Shown piece by piece: positions 46,619 through 56,139 of a DNA stretch of 64,000 nucleotides. The stretch is taken from NCBI GenBank assembly GCA_030695905.1, contig JAUYOL010000004.1, positions 2,874 through 66,873 on the forward strand, written 5' to 3'. Under the pieces are notes generated by a model. That model was not told the DNA's origin and did no database searches. It saw only the letters and a list, made by a program, of their open reading frames with translations. Numbering within the stretch: position 1 is the first letter of the stretch; every line of letters starts with the position of its first letter. The DNA is from Candidatus Omnitrophota bacterium. GTDB lineage: Bacteria; Omnitrophota; Gorgyraeia; 2-01-FULL-45-10. A program made the position numbers and the translations under genes.

Positions 46619-47443
46619 ATGCAGTCTACCAAAGAGATAAAGATAGGCAATGTAAAGATAGGGGCGGGTAATCCGCTTGTCCTTATCGCGGGGCCATGTG
46701 TTATAGAATCCGAATCAAGCGCCGTAAGGCACGCGAAGGCGTTAAAAGATGTAACGAGGCGGCTTGGAGTGCCTTTTATATTCAAATCAAGTTACGATAA
46801 AGCGAATAGATCCTCCGTGAATTCATTCAGGGGCCCCGGACTTAAGAAGGGATTGAAGATACTGCATAAGATAAAAGAGGAATTGGCCCTACCCATCCTT
46901 TCCGATGTACACTGCAAGGAAGAGGTTAGGGAAGCTTCAAAGGTGCTGGACGTAATCCAGATACCGGCTTTTCTCTCAAGACAGACGGATCTGATATTGG
47001 CGGCGGCCAATACAGGCAAAGTAGTCAATATAAAGAAGGGGCAGTTCTTAGCGCCCTGGGACATGCGCAATGTAGTTAAGAAGATAGAGTCGAGCGGAAA
47101 CAAAAAGATAATTCTTACCGAAAGGGGAGTAAGCTTCGGTTATAATAATCTTGTAAGTGATTTCAGGTCTGTGCTGATAATGAAAGAGATGGGTTATCCG
47201 GTTGTATACGACGCGACTCACTCTGTCCAGATGCCGGGGGGGTTAGGGGATAAATCCGGCGGTGAAAGCAAATTCATACCATATCTATCGATGGCCGCGG
47301 TTGCCTGCGGTGTCGATGGTATCTTTATAGAGGTACACGAAAATCCTTCAAAGTCATTGAGTGACGGTCCCAATATGGTAAAGCTCTCCGAGCTTGAAAA
47401 AATACTGATGAAGTTAAAGAAGATAGAAAGGGCGGCAAGATAA
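46619..47443 (+). CDS. kdsA: Kdo-8-phosphate synthase
   Basis: IAGPCVIE, KSSYDKANRSS, QIPAFLSRQT, KKGQF, DATHSVQ, SDGPN. Confidence 0.97.
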   Translation: MQSTKEIKIGNVKIGAGNPLVLIAGPCVIESESSAVRHAKALKDVTRRLGVPFIFKSSYDKANRSSVNSFRGPGLKKGLKILHKIKEELALPILSDVHCKEEVREASKVLDVIQIPAFLSRQTDLILAAANTGKVVNIKKGQFLAPWDMRNVVKKIESSGNKKIILTERGVSFGYNNLVSDFRSVLIMKEMGYPVVYDATHSVQMPGGLGDKSGGESKFIPYLSMAAVACGVDGIFIEVHENPSKSLSDGPNMVKLSELEKILMKLKKIERAAR

Positions 47444-48402
47444 TGGCTAAAAGAATAGCCAAAAATGTCCTTACGATAGAACGCGACGCTTTATCTGATC
47501 TGATAAAGAGGATAGACTCCGGTTTTGAAAAGGCTGTAAACGCCTTGTATAAAACAAAAGGGCGCGTGATAGTCACGGGAATGGGCAAGCCCGGTTTTAT
47601 CGCGCAGAAGATATCGGCAACACTCTCTTCTACCGGCACACCTTCGCTGTATCTGCATCCGGCAGAAGCGTTGCACGGCGACTTAGGTAGAGTGACGAAG
47701 GAAGATATTATACTGGCGCTTTCAAATAGCGGCGAGACGGATGAAATAATCAAATTTTTACCTATTGTGAAGAAGATAGGCGCGAAATTGATCGCTATGG
47801 TCGGAAATACAAAATCCACACTCGCGAAGAACGCGGATTATATTATAAATACCTCGGTAAAGAGAGAGGCGTGTTCGTTAGGACTGGCTCCCACAACATC
47901 GACCACAGCAATGCTCGCCATGGGAGACGCTCTTGCGGTAGCCCTGCTTGATAAAAAAGGTTTTAAGGAGAATGATTTTGCTTTCTTTCACCCGGGAGGG
48001 ATACTGGGCAAGAGGTTATTGTTAAGCGTAGGCGATATCATGAGGAAGGGCAGCGATAACCCTATAGTTAACGAGAATTGCCCTGTCAAAAGAGTTTTGC
48101 TTGCTATAACAAAGGCACGCGCGGGAAGCGCAAGCGTGGTTGATTTTAAGGGTAAGCTGATCGGAATATTTACCGACGGTGACTTAAGAAGGCACATAGA
48201 AGGCCAACCCGATCTTATTAATAAAAAAGTCAGGGACGTCATGACTAAAAATCCGGTAACTATAAGCAAAGACAGGCTGGCGGCGGAAGCCTTTGATATA
48301 CTCCGATCAAAAAAGATAGACGAAATTCCGGTTGTCGATAACAAAAAGCGGCCTGTTGGATTGTTAGATGTGCAGGATCTGCTTAAAGCAGGGCTCGTAT
48401 GA
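47443..48402 (+). CDS. kdsD: Arabinose-5-phosphate isomerase (SIS + CBS)
   Basis: GMGK.G, STGTP, HPAEALHGDLG, APTTST, FHPGG, CBS pair. Confidence 0.96.
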   Translation: MAKRIAKNVLTIERDALSDLIKRIDSGFEKAVNALYKTKGRVIVTGMGKPGFIAQKISATLSSTGTPSLYLHPAEALHGDLGRVTKEDIILALSNSGETDEIIKFLPIVKKIGAKLIAMVGNTKSTLAKNADYIINTSVKREACSLGLAPTTSTTAMLAMGDALAVALLDKKGFKENDFAFFHPGGILGKRLLLSVGDIMRKGSDNPIVNENCPVKRVLLAITKARAGSASVVDFKGKLIGIFTDGDLRRHIEGQPDLINKKVRDVMTKNPVTISKDRLAAEAFDILRSKKIDEIPVVDNKKRPVGLLDVQDLLKAGLV

Positions 48403-48929
48403 TAAGTAAAGAGATCGTGGAAAAAGCGAAGCGCGTGAAGATGCTTATCAGCGACATAGACGGTGTTATGACCGACGGCCGTATAGTATACAGCATTTAC
48501 GGCGATGAACTGAAATTTTTTGATGTCACAGACGGTTTCGGTATGTCGCTTTTGAACAGGGCCGGCATAAAGACCGTCATAATGACCGCGAAAAAATCCA
48601 GGATAGTGAAGATGCGCGGCCGCGATTTAAAGGTGGCAAGAGTGTATGCCGGGTTCCTGGATAAGATGATACCTTTTAACGACCTATTAAAAAGATTCAA
48701 GATTAATCCCGAAGAGATATGTTTTATAGGGGATGACCTAATAGACCTTCCGGTATTGAAGAGGGTGGGCTTTGCCGTATCTGTGCCAAACGCTATGGAA
48801 GAGGTAAAAGTAGCCGCGCACTACGTTACCTCAAAATCAGGCGGACGCGGCGCTGTGCGCGAAGTCTGCAATCTTATCTTAAAGAGCCAGGACAAGTGGG
48901 ACCAGGCCACAGCCAAATACTTCAAGTAG
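48399..48929 (+). CDS. kdsC: Kdo-8-phosphate phosphatase (HAD family)
   Basis: DIDGVMTDG, F...DG.G, GDDLID, GGRGAVRE. Confidence 0.95.
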   Translation: MISKEIVEKAKRVKMLISDIDGVMTDGRIVYSIYGDELKFFDVTDGFGMSLLNRAGIKTVIMTAKKSRIVKMRGRDLKVARVYAGFLDKMIPFNDLLKRFKINPEEICFIGDDLIDLPVLKRVGFAVSVPNAMEEVKVAAHYVTSKSGGRGAVREVCNLILKSQDKWDQATAKYFK

Positions 48930-48941
48930 CATCCATCCGCC

Positions 48942-48970
48942 TTGACATTGTAACCTTATTATTATATATT
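48942..48970 (+). promoter_or_regulatory. Putative sigma70 promoter giving a near-leaderless transcript
   Basis: TTGACA-17 bp-TATATT, with ATG only 10 bp after the -10 box and no SD. Confidence 0.55.
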
Positions 48971-48980
48971 TATATGGTTT

Positions 48981-49874
48981 ATGAAATATAAGTATAGGAG
49001 GTATTATCTATATTACCTCGGAAGGGTTGCCGCGTTTTTAGTATATTTACTGCCTATGAGCGTCAGTTCGGCGATTGCCGCTTTTTTCGGCAGATGCGCG
49101 TTTTTCCTTCTTCCCAAATATAGAGATATAGCCATAGATAACCTTACTCACGCTTTTGGCGCGGAAAAGACACCGCGCCAGATTAAGGATATCGCGATTA
49201 AGGTATTTGAAAATCTCGGCAGAAACGCCGCCGAGCTTATCAATTTTCCGAAGATAAAAGAAGATAATATAGACCGCTTTGTTAGCGTAGAAGGCCTTGA
49301 TACTGTAGACGGATCTTTCGCAAGAGGTAAGGGTACCATAATACTGGCATCCCACTTCGGTAATTGGGAGCTTTTGGGGCTGACATTCCGCGTTAAAGGC
49401 TATCCGGGCTCTACCATAGGCCGGAAGATATATTTTTATAAATACGACAACTGGCTTAATAACCTGCGAAGGGCGCGGGATATCAATGTCATCTACCGTG
49501 ATGAGTCGCCAAGGAAGATGCTAAGGGTGCTGAAGGATAACAAGATACTTGGCATAGTCGCGGACCAGGATGTTGATTCGGTCGAAGGCGTATTCGTGAA
49601 TTTTTTCGGGAGGCCCGCTTATACACCAGTGGGTCCGGCGGTGTTGGCTCAAGCTACAGGAGCCAGCCTGATACCGACTTTTGTGATCCGCGAAGGCAAT
49701 CGTCACCGTTTTGTTGTAGAAAAACCGGTAGAATTGATAAATACCGGAAATAAAGAGGCGGATATAGTAACGAATACTCAAAAATGGTCGGATGTTGTAG
49801 AATCGTACATAAGACGCTACCCGGAACAGTGGGTATGGGTGCATAAACGCTGGAAGACCAAAAAAGAAAGTTAA
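48981..49874 (+). CDS. Lipid A late acyltransferase (LpxL/LpxP family)
   Basis: SHFGNWE, ADQD, FFG, PEQWVWVHKRWK. Confidence 0.92.
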   Translation: MKYKYRRYYLYYLGRVAAFLVYLLPMSVSSAIAAFFGRCAFFLLPKYRDIAIDNLTHAFGAEKTPRQIKDIAIKVFENLGRNAAELINFPKIKEDNIDRFVSVEGLDTVDGSFARGKGTIILASHFGNWELLGLTFRVKGYPGSTIGRKIYFYKYDNWLNNLRRARDINVIYRDESPRKMLRVLKDNKILGIVADQDVDSVEGVFVNFFGRPAYTPVGPAVLAQATGASLIPTFVIREGNRHRFVVEKPVELINTGNKEADIVTNTQKWSDVVESYIRRYPEQWVWVHKRWKTKKES

Positions 49875-49875
49875 A

Positions 49876-50667
49876 ATGAAAAAATATTTATTATTAGGAT
49901 TGCTTATAACGGCCTTTATATCCACCGGCTGCGGCAAGAAAGAACCGCCCAGGGTGGAAGACGCCGCGTCTTCGAGCGATACTCAAGAGGCAAGCTCTTC
50001 CGGAGCGAAAAAAGACGGTGTAGAGCATAAGGTGCTTTCTTTTAACCTCGAAGGCCTTACCGACAAGGGAGAAAAGAAGTGGGAGGTTATAGGCAGGACA
50101 GCCCGCTCCATATCAGAAAATGAGATAAGGCTGGGCGATATTATCGCTAAGACATATGGCGATCAGGAAGCTGTTATAACCGCGGATCAGGGTGTATACG
50201 ATAAATCGAAGAATAATGTCAGGCTTGAAAAGAATGTAAAGGCGACTATAGAGAATGCCGGTTCGGTAATGAAAGATCAGATAGGTTTTCCGATAGATAC
50301 TGTCGCTTCAGAAAAAAAAGATCTTCCAGGTAACAGGAAGAAGATAGTGATTACCTGTGACGGAGAGGTGGAATTCGATTATGCAAAGAACCTGGCGTAT
50401 TTCAGGAAGAACGTAAAAGTAAGAAGTGAAGACGGTGACATAGACGCGGACAGGATAACCGTTAATCTGGATCCGAAGACGAAGAAGATAAACGATATAG
50501 TTGCTGATGGGCGGGTAAAGATCACGCAGAAAGAGAATGTGGCCTACAGCGACAACGCTAAATATAGCGAAGCGGATAAGAAAGTTCTATTGAGCGGAAG
50601 CCCCAAGATAGAGATGGCTCAAGACACCGGTGATAGTTTTGTAAAAGACAGATTCCCAGAGAGGTAA
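49876..50667 (+). CDS. LptC/LptA(OstA)-like LPS transport protein, probable lipoprotein with two jellyroll modules
   Basis: Signal ending ISTG-C. LptC-like GEKKWEV.G...ITADQG.Y...LEKNV, then LptA-like ITCDG...F.KNVKV...ADR...A.G.V.I...L.GSP. Directly upstream of lptB. Confidence 0.75.
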   Translation: MKKYLLLGLLITAFISTGCGKKEPPRVEDAASSSDTQEASSSGAKKDGVEHKVLSFNLEGLTDKGEKKWEVIGRTARSISENEIRLGDIIAKTYGDQEAVITADQGVYDKSKNNVRLEKNVKATIENAGSVMKDQIGFPIDTVASEKKDLPGNRKKIVITCDGEVEFDYAKNLAYFRKNVKVRSEDGDIDADRITVNLDPKTKKINDIVADGRVKITQKENVAYSDNAKYSEADKKVLLSGSPKIEMAQDTGDSFVKDRFPER

Positions 50668-50670
50668 AAT

Positions 50671-51393
50671 ATGCATCTATTAGAAACGACCGGTTTGGTA
50701 AAGGTGTATGGTAAAAGGTGCGTCGTTGATTCTGTAGATATAAATGTCAAGAGGGGCGAAGTTGTTGGGTTGCTCGGCCCAAACGGCGCCGGCAAAACTA
50801 CCACATTTTATATGATAACCGGCCTGATACAACCTGACCGGGGCAGAATAATATTTGACAGGCAGGATATTACCGGTACGCCGATGCATATACGCGCGCG
50901 TTCCGGGATAGGGTATCTATCCCAGGAGCCGTCCATATTCAGAAAACTGACCGTTGAAGAAAATATCATGGCCGTTTTAGAGACGCTCGATTTTTCTCCC
51001 CGCGAAAGAAAAAGAAGATGTGATGAGTTATTGGGTGAGCTTAAAATAAGCCACTTGAGGAAGAACATGGCATATACGCTTTCGGGCGGAGAGAAGAGGC
51101 GTGTTGAGATAACGAGGGCGCTGGTAACGAATCCTATGTTTATTCTTCTGGACGAACCTTTTAGCGGCATAGACCCGATAGCCGTGGGCGAGTGCCAGGA
51201 GATAATAAAAGAGTTGCGCGACAAAGGGTTGGGCATACTCTTAACCGACCACAATGTGAGAGAGACGCTCACGATATGCGACAGGTCGTACTTAATGGCA
51301 GATGGAAGGATATTGATTTCAGGGCCAAAGGAAGATCTAATATCAAATCCCAGGGCCAGAGAGATATACTTAGGCGAAAAATTTACGATGTAA
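50671..51393 (+). CDS. lptB: LPS export ABC transporter ATPase
   Basis: GLLGPNGAGKTTTFYM, YLSQEPSIFRKL, LSGGEKRR, LDEPF, TDHNVRETL, YLGE.F. Confidence 0.97.
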   Translation: MHLLETTGLVKVYGKRCVVDSVDINVKRGEVVGLLGPNGAGKTTTFYMITGLIQPDRGRIIFDRQDITGTPMHIRARSGIGYLSQEPSIFRKLTVEENIMAVLETLDFSPRERKRRCDELLGELKISHLRKNMAYTLSGGEKRRVEITRALVTNPMFILLDEPFSGIDPIAVGECQEIIKELRDKGLGILLTDHNVRETLTICDRSYLMADGRILISGPKEDLISNPRAREIYLGEKFTM

Positions 51394-51407
51394 ATTAAGC
51401 ACCTTTG

Positions 51408-51416
51408 TGATATAAT
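51408..51416 (+). promoter_or_regulatory. Extended -10 promoter for tig
   Basis: TG-A-TATAAT about 40 bp upstream of tig. No clear -35. Confidence 0.5.
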
Positions 51417-51456
51417 CTACACTTCCCAAAAAAAGAAAGATAAGGTAAAAGATAAG

Positions 51457-52734
51457 ATGAAGTCAAAAGTAAAACCGATAGAAGAATGTACGACGCTTTT
51501 TGAGATAGAAGTGCCCAAAGAGACTATAGATCAGGCGTTCGAAGAGGCATATGCCCAGATAACAAAGGTGGCTTCGTTGCCGGGTTTCAGGGCGGGAAAA
51601 GTACCCAGGGATCTCGTTAAGAAGCATTTCGCTAAAGAAGCCAAGAAGGATGTCATAGACCGTGTGATATCGGATGCCTACCAGAAGGCCCTCGAAGAGC
51701 ACAAGATAGAGCCCATAGGTTTCCCCGACATAACCGACCTGGTGCTGGAAGAAGGCAGTCCGATGTCTTTTAAGGCCAGTGTAGACACGCGCCCGAAGTT
51801 TAAGATTAAAAATTATAAAGGTATTCAGGTTGACAAGAAAAAGGTGCAGATTAAGGACGAGGACGTAAAAAAAGCTATAGATAATCTTCGTGAGTATACG
51901 GCGAAATATGTAGCCGTCGAAGACAGGCCCGCGCAGTGGGAAGATTATATCGTAACCGATCTTGAACGCTCCATCGAGGGTAAGCCTGGGTGCGAGAAGA
52001 AGGATAATTTCTGGCTGCTGCTTGATAAAGAGTCCCTGCTAAGCGGATTAACGGAAAAAATAATAGGCATGAAGAAGGGCGAAGAACGCGATATAGAAGT
52101 TAATATGCCGGAAAAATATCCCGATAAGGATTTGGCCGGTAAAAAAGCGAAGTACCATGTAAAGATCAAAGAGATAAAGTTGAGACAGTTGCCCAATATA
52201 GATGACGATTTTGCCAAGGATCTGGGTAAGGAAAATTTAGAAGATCTAAAAAAAGAGATAGCGGCGGAGTTGGAAAAAAAGATGAAGTCGGATAGCGAGA
52301 TAGCTACGGAGAACCAGCTCCTCAATAAGCTCATGGATGAGAACAGCTTTTCCGTGCCGTCATCTTTGGTTAACAAACAGATACGCCTTATGACGGAGAA
52401 CGCGAAGGCGAAACTTACGCAAAAAGGATTCAGCAAAGAAGACCTCGAAAAAAAGAATGAAGAATTTACGGGCCGGTTCAAAGATGACGCGGTAAGGCAG
52501 GTCAGGCTTCTGTTTATTCTGGACAGGATAGCTACCAGCGAAAATATAGATGCTGACCAGAAGGATCTCGATAGCGCGTACAAGTCGATATCCATTCAGT
52601 CGGGCAAGGGCGAACAGGAAGTAAAAAGTTATTACGAAAAAGAGGGGTTGGTAGATAATCTTTTGGAGAGGATAAGAGAAGAGAAGACGATAGAATTCTT
52701 ACTCAAGTCCGCTGACGTAAAAGAAAAGGATTAA
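51457..52734 (+). CDS. tig: Trigger factor
   Basis: PGFRAGKVP ribosome-binding signature, FKBP-like middle, P.IDDDFAK. Upstream of clpP. Confidence 0.95.
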   Translation: MKSKVKPIEECTTLFEIEVPKETIDQAFEEAYAQITKVASLPGFRAGKVPRDLVKKHFAKEAKKDVIDRVISDAYQKALEEHKIEPIGFPDITDLVLEEGSPMSFKASVDTRPKFKIKNYKGIQVDKKKVQIKDEDVKKAIDNLREYTAKYVAVEDRPAQWEDYIVTDLERSIEGKPGCEKKDNFWLLLDKESLLSGLTEKIIGMKKGEERDIEVNMPEKYPDKDLAGKKAKYHVKIKEIKLRQLPNIDDDFAKDLGKENLEDLKKEIAAELEKKMKSDSEIATENQLLNKLMDENSFSVPSSLVNKQIRLMTENAKAKLTQKGFSKEDLEKKNEEFTGRFKDDAVRQVRLLFILDRIATSENIDADQKDLDSAYKSISIQSGKGEQEVKSYYEKEGLVDNLLERIREEKTIEFLLKSADVKEKD

Positions 52735-52751
52735 CCTTAAGGAGGGGCCAG

Positions 52752-53351
52752 ATGAGCGTATTAGTTCCTATGGTAATTGAGACTACGGGAAGAGGCGAGA
52801 GAGCTTACGATATCTACTCCAGACTGTTAAAGGACAGGATAATCTTTGTAGGCACCGCGATTGACGATGTGGTCGCCAATCTTATTATCGCTCAATTGCT
52901 TTTCCTGCAGATGGAAGAACCCGACAAAGAGATATCGATGTATGTAAATACGCCGGGTGGTTCTGTTACCAGTGGGCTCGCTATATACGATACAATGCAG
53001 TTTGTTAAGCCGGATGTGAGCACTTATTGTGTTGGCCAGGCCTCAAGCATGGGAGCGCTATTGTTGTCGGCGGGTACAGCCGGTAAGCGCTACGCTCTTC
53101 CGCATTCACGTATAATGATACATCAGCCTTGGGGCGGCGTGCAGGGTGCCGCGGCGGATATAAGCATACAGGCCCAGGAGATCTTAAGGCTGCGCGCGAG
53201 ATTAGAAGAGGTGCTCGCAAAGCATACGAAGCAGCCGCTGGAAAAGATAAAGAAAGACACTGACAGGGACTATTTTATGTCCGCGGAAGAGGCAAAGGCT
53301 TACGGAATAGTGGATGAAGTTATAGAGAATATCGCAAAGAAGAAGAAGTAA
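52752..53351 (+). CDS. clpP: ATP-dependent Clp protease proteolytic subunit
   Basis: [40 protein letters not shown]. Confidence 0.98.
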   Translation: MSVLVPMVIETTGRGERAYDIYSRLLKDRIIFVGTAIDDVVANLIIAQLLFLQMEEPDKEISMYVNTPGGSVTSGLAIYDTMQFVKPDVSTYCVGQASSMGALLLSAGTAGKRYALPHSRIMIHQPWGGVQGAAADISIQAQEILRLRARLEEVLAKHTKQPLEKIKKDTDRDYFMSAEEAKAYGIVDEVIENIAKKKK

Positions 53352-53374
53352 TTTAGCTATTAAGAGAGGACGAC

Positions 53375-54505
53375 ATGAGTAAGAAGTATTTGATGACGCC
53401 CGGGCCTACACCGGTACCAGAAGATATACGGCTTGAGATGGCAAAGCCTATAATTCACCACAGGACAAAGGAATATCAGGCCATATTCAAAGACGCTACG
53501 GAAGGCTTAAAAAAGATATTCAAGACATCTAATGATGTGTATACTTTTACGTCCAGCGGTACGGGAGCCATGGAGGCGTCTATAGCGAATGTTCTTTCGC
53601 AAGGTGATAAAATAATAGTGGTGCGCGGCGGAAAATTCGGTGAAAGATTTGGCGAGATAGCCAAAGCATATGGCGTGGAACCGATAAATATTGATGTCCA
53701 GTGGGGTTCTGCACCTAGTCCGGAATTGATAAAAGATACCTTAAAGAAGAACCCAGGCGTTAAGGGTGTGTATACAACGCTCTGTGAAACATCTACCGCC
53801 ACAGTATTTGATATAAAAGCTATCGGCGAAATTGTGAGGGGTACCAATGCTTTGTTTGTGGTAGATACGATAAGCGGTCTTGGCGCGGATAAATTTGAAA
53901 ATGACGCATGGAACGTTGATATAGCAGTCTGCGGTTCGCAAAAAGGCTTAATGATACCGCCAGGACTTGCTTTCTGTTCTGTCAGCGAGAAGGCATGGAA
54001 AGCTGTCGAGAGCTCTAAAATCCCGAAATTTTATTTCAATTTCAAAAAGTATAAGAAGGCTTGGATGGATACCGATACACCGTTTACATCAGCGATAACA
54101 CTTGTTATAGGGTTGAAGAAGGCGGTGGAGATGATAAATAAGAAGGGCATAGACAGCGTTATAGCCGAGCACGATGCCCAGGCCCGCGCGTTCCGTGATG
54201 CATGTAAAGCGATTGGGTTAGGTGTATTCTCCAAATCGCCTTCATCGGCGGTCACAGCTATTAATACACCCGTTGGCATGGATGCGGATAACCTAATAAA
54301 ACTTTTAAAGACCGAATTTGGGGTAACATTTGCCGGGGGGCAGGAGAGCCTTAAAGGCAAGATATTCAGATGCGCTCACATGGGCGGCATAGATAAAGAG
54401 CATACTATAGAGTCGGTAAAGGCGCTTGAGCAGGCATTAATAAAGCTGGGGCATAATTTTAAAACAGGAACAGCCGTGGCGATAGTAGAGAAAGCACTGC
54501 GGTAA
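53375..54505 (+). CDS. Class V PLP aminotransferase (AGT/SgaA-like)
   Basis: MTPGPT, SSGTGAME, GKFGER, ETST, VDTIS, GSQKGLMIPPGL, TPFT. Confidence 0.92.
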   Translation: MSKKYLMTPGPTPVPEDIRLEMAKPIIHHRTKEYQAIFKDATEGLKKIFKTSNDVYTFTSSGTGAMEASIANVLSQGDKIIVVRGGKFGERFGEIAKAYGVEPINIDVQWGSAPSPELIKDTLKKNPGVKGVYTTLCETSTATVFDIKAIGEIVRGTNALFVVDTISGLGADKFENDAWNVDIAVCGSQKGLMIPPGLAFCSVSEKAWKAVESSKIPKFYFNFKKYKKAWMDTDTPFTSAITLVIGLKKAVEMINKKGIDSVIAEHDAQARAFRDACKAIGLGVFSKSPSSAVTAINTPVGMDADNLIKLLKTEFGVTFAGGQESLKGKIFRCAHMGGIDKEHTIESVKALEQALIKLGHNFKTGTAVAIVEKALR

Positions 54506-54530
54506 ACTTTTAGATAATAGGGAGAAGGTT

Positions 54531-56120
54531 ATGCCATACAAGGTTCTTATAAGCGATTCGCTTTCCAAGGAGGCTGTAGAGATCCTCGAGAAAGAGAAAG
54601 ATCTTAAAGTAGACGTTAATACAAAGCTTACGCCCGAGGAGCTCAAGAAAGTCATAAAAGATTATGACGCGCTGTTAGTCCGCTCCAGCACTAAAGTCAC
54701 AAAAGACGTAATAAACGCTGCGGATAAGCTCAAAATAATCGGTCGCGCAGGGGTAGGATTGGATAATGTCGATGTTGAAGCTGCTTCCAAGAAGGGCATT
54801 ATTGTAATAAATACTCCCGGCGGTAATACTATATCTACAGCCGAACATACATTCTCGATGATGTTATCGCTTTCCCGCCGCATACCGCAGGCTGACCTAT
54901 CTATGAAAAAAGGCGAATGGGAAAGAAAGAAATTTATGGGCGTCGAACTCTATGGTAAGGTGCTTGGCATTGTAGGACTTGGAAGAATAGGAACAGAGGT
55001 GGCGAAGAGGGCGTTAAGTTTTAATATGAAGGTCGTGGCATATGATCCGTATCTTTCGTTCGAAAAAGCCAAAGAGCTTGGAATAGAATCTTCAGACCTG
55101 GATAATCTATTAAAAAAATCCGATTATATTACGGTCCATACACCTCTTACAGATGACACAAGGCATGCTATTTCCGATAAGCAGTTTGAGATGATGAAGA
55201 AGGGTGTGAGGATAATAAACTGTGCCAGGGGCGGTATTATAGATGAAGCCGCGCTTATCAAGGCCATAGAATCCGGTAAAGTAGCCGGAGCGGCGATGGA
55301 TGTATACGAAGAAGAGCCGCCGGCGAAAGATTCGAAACTCTTAAAATTGGACAAAGTTGTTTTAACCCCTCATCTTGGCGCGTCGACCGAGGAGGCGCAG
55401 GTCAATGTAGCCATAGATATAGCGAATACGGCCCGCGATATACTTTTGGGCCGCTGCATAAGAAATGCAGTAAATATGCCCTGTGTGGACCCGGAGGTAT
55501 TTAAGGTTATCGAGCCCTATTTAAAGCTTTCGGAAAAGATAGGTTTGATAACAGCGCAGATAGTTGAAGGCCATATTAAGAAGGTTAAGGTAAGATACGT
55601 AGGAGATATATTAAAGTATGATCTTTCGCCCTTTACGGTATCTGTTATGAAGGGTATGCTTACGCCGATATTGCAGGAGACAGTTAATTTTGTAAACGCC
55701 CTGGTGATAGCCAAAGAGCGCGGGATAAGCGTAGTTGAATCAAAGACCACGGAAATCCAGGACTTCGCGAGCCTTATAATAGTGGATGTCGAGACAGACA
55801 AAGCCAAGAGCATGGTGGCAGGAACTTTGTTTACAAAGACGGACCTGAAGATAGTGAAGGTAAATGAGTTTTGGGTCGACTGCGCACCTGAAGGGAATAT
55901 GCTATTCGTATTTAACAAGGACGTTCCCGGCATCATAGGAGAGATAGGAACGATATTCGGCAAGAATAATATAAATATAGCCAGTGTCTCGTTTGGAAGA
56001 GATGTCAAAGGCGGTAAGGCTGTGAGCGTATGGAATGTCGATAGCGATGTGCCCAAAAAAGTGCTGGACGATATTAGAAATGCTAAGAATATACAGGAAG
56101 TGAAGTTAGCAAAATTATAA
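54531..56120 (+). CDS. serA: D-3-phosphoglycerate dehydrogenase (long ASB+ACT type)
   Basis: RAGVGLDNVD, NTISTAEH, GLGRIG, NCARGG, TPHLGASTEEAQ, C-terminal ACT (D.PGIIG.IG...NINIA). Confidence 0.97.
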   Translation: MPYKVLISDSLSKEAVEILEKEKDLKVDVNTKLTPEELKKVIKDYDALLVRSSTKVTKDVINAADKLKIIGRAGVGLDNVDVEAASKKGIIVINTPGGNTISTAEHTFSMMLSLSRRIPQADLSMKKGEWERKKFMGVELYGKVLGIVGLGRIGTEVAKRALSFNMKVVAYDPYLSFEKAKELGIESSDLDNLLKKSDYITVHTPLTDDTRHAISDKQFEMMKKGVRIINCARGGIIDEAALIKAIESGKVAGAAMDVYEEEPPAKDSKLLKLDKVVLTPHLGASTEEAQVNVAIDIANTARDILLGRCIRNAVNMPCVDPEVFKVIEPYLKLSEKIGLITAQIVEGHIKKVKVRYVGDILKYDLSPFTVSVMKGMLTPILQETVNFVNALVIAKERGISVVESKTTEIQDFASLIIVDVETDKAKSMVAGTLFTKTDLKIVKVNEFWVDCAPEGNMLFVFNKDVPGIIGEIGTIFGKNNINIASVSFGRDVKGGKAVSVWNVDSDVPKKVLDDIRNAKNIQEVKLAKL

Positions 56121-56139
56121 TAATAGAGGGGTGTGATAA

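Noticed and set aside
46606-53375. Absence of pyrG between kdsB and kdsA, rpoN after lptB, and clpX after clpP
   Set aside because: Ordinary gene-order variation. Genome-wide absence cannot be inferred from one window, and the neighbouring proteins show no matching degeneration.
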